Below are positions 63,891 through 64,000 of a DNA stretch of 64,000 nt, piece after piece (position 1 is the first letter of the stretch; each line of letters opens with the position of its first letter). The notes below the pieces were generated by a model. It did no database searches. It had not been told where the DNA came from and saw only the letters and a program-made list of their open reading frames with translations. A program made the position numbers and the translations under genes. The DNA comes from Octopus vulgaris (taxonomy: Eukaryota): assembly GCA_951406725.2 (NCBI GenBank), contig OX597817.1, positions 162,378,001-162,442,000 of the forward strand, written 5' to 3'.

Positions 63891-64000
63891 CTAGATTGAG
63901 AAGATAGAAGGAGATAACAATATAATGTTAAAGATCAAATTATGGAACATATGTTGAGAGAAAAGGACAGAAATGAAGGAGATTTAGCAGGTGTAAAATG

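Overview
Eukaryotic, AT-rich, repeat-saturated DNA. The SINE families, RTE/Penelope content and microsatellite load look like an octopod cephalopod genome (inference). There is one real gene: the last nine coding exons of an ABCG half-transporter on the minus strand (63890 down to the stop at 38865; all GT-AG, phases consistent, 377 aa visible; the 5' exons lie beyond the window). The rest is transposable elements and satellites: three tRNA-headed SINE families, RTE and CR1/L2 LINE fragments, a decayed Penelope-like element (PLE), an internally deleted Gypsy LTR element, a deleted mariner, several MITEs (pogo/Tc1, piggyBac, hAT, Merlin-like), two Helitron copies and long simple repeats, which account for most of the ORF track. 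The most notable signal is at 36130-36862: a young, TSD-flanked, non-coding element built from a 362-bp unit (1.5 direct copies plus an inverted part) that carries a complete type I hammerhead ribozyme with the uncommon compensatory U3:A8 core. This is a candidate retrozyme or non-autonomous PLE. Several other hammerhead relics lie nearby, and a SINE has grown into an 8 x 184-bp tandem array inside a single TSD pair. Coordinates of decayed repeats are approximate; nothing was database-searched.
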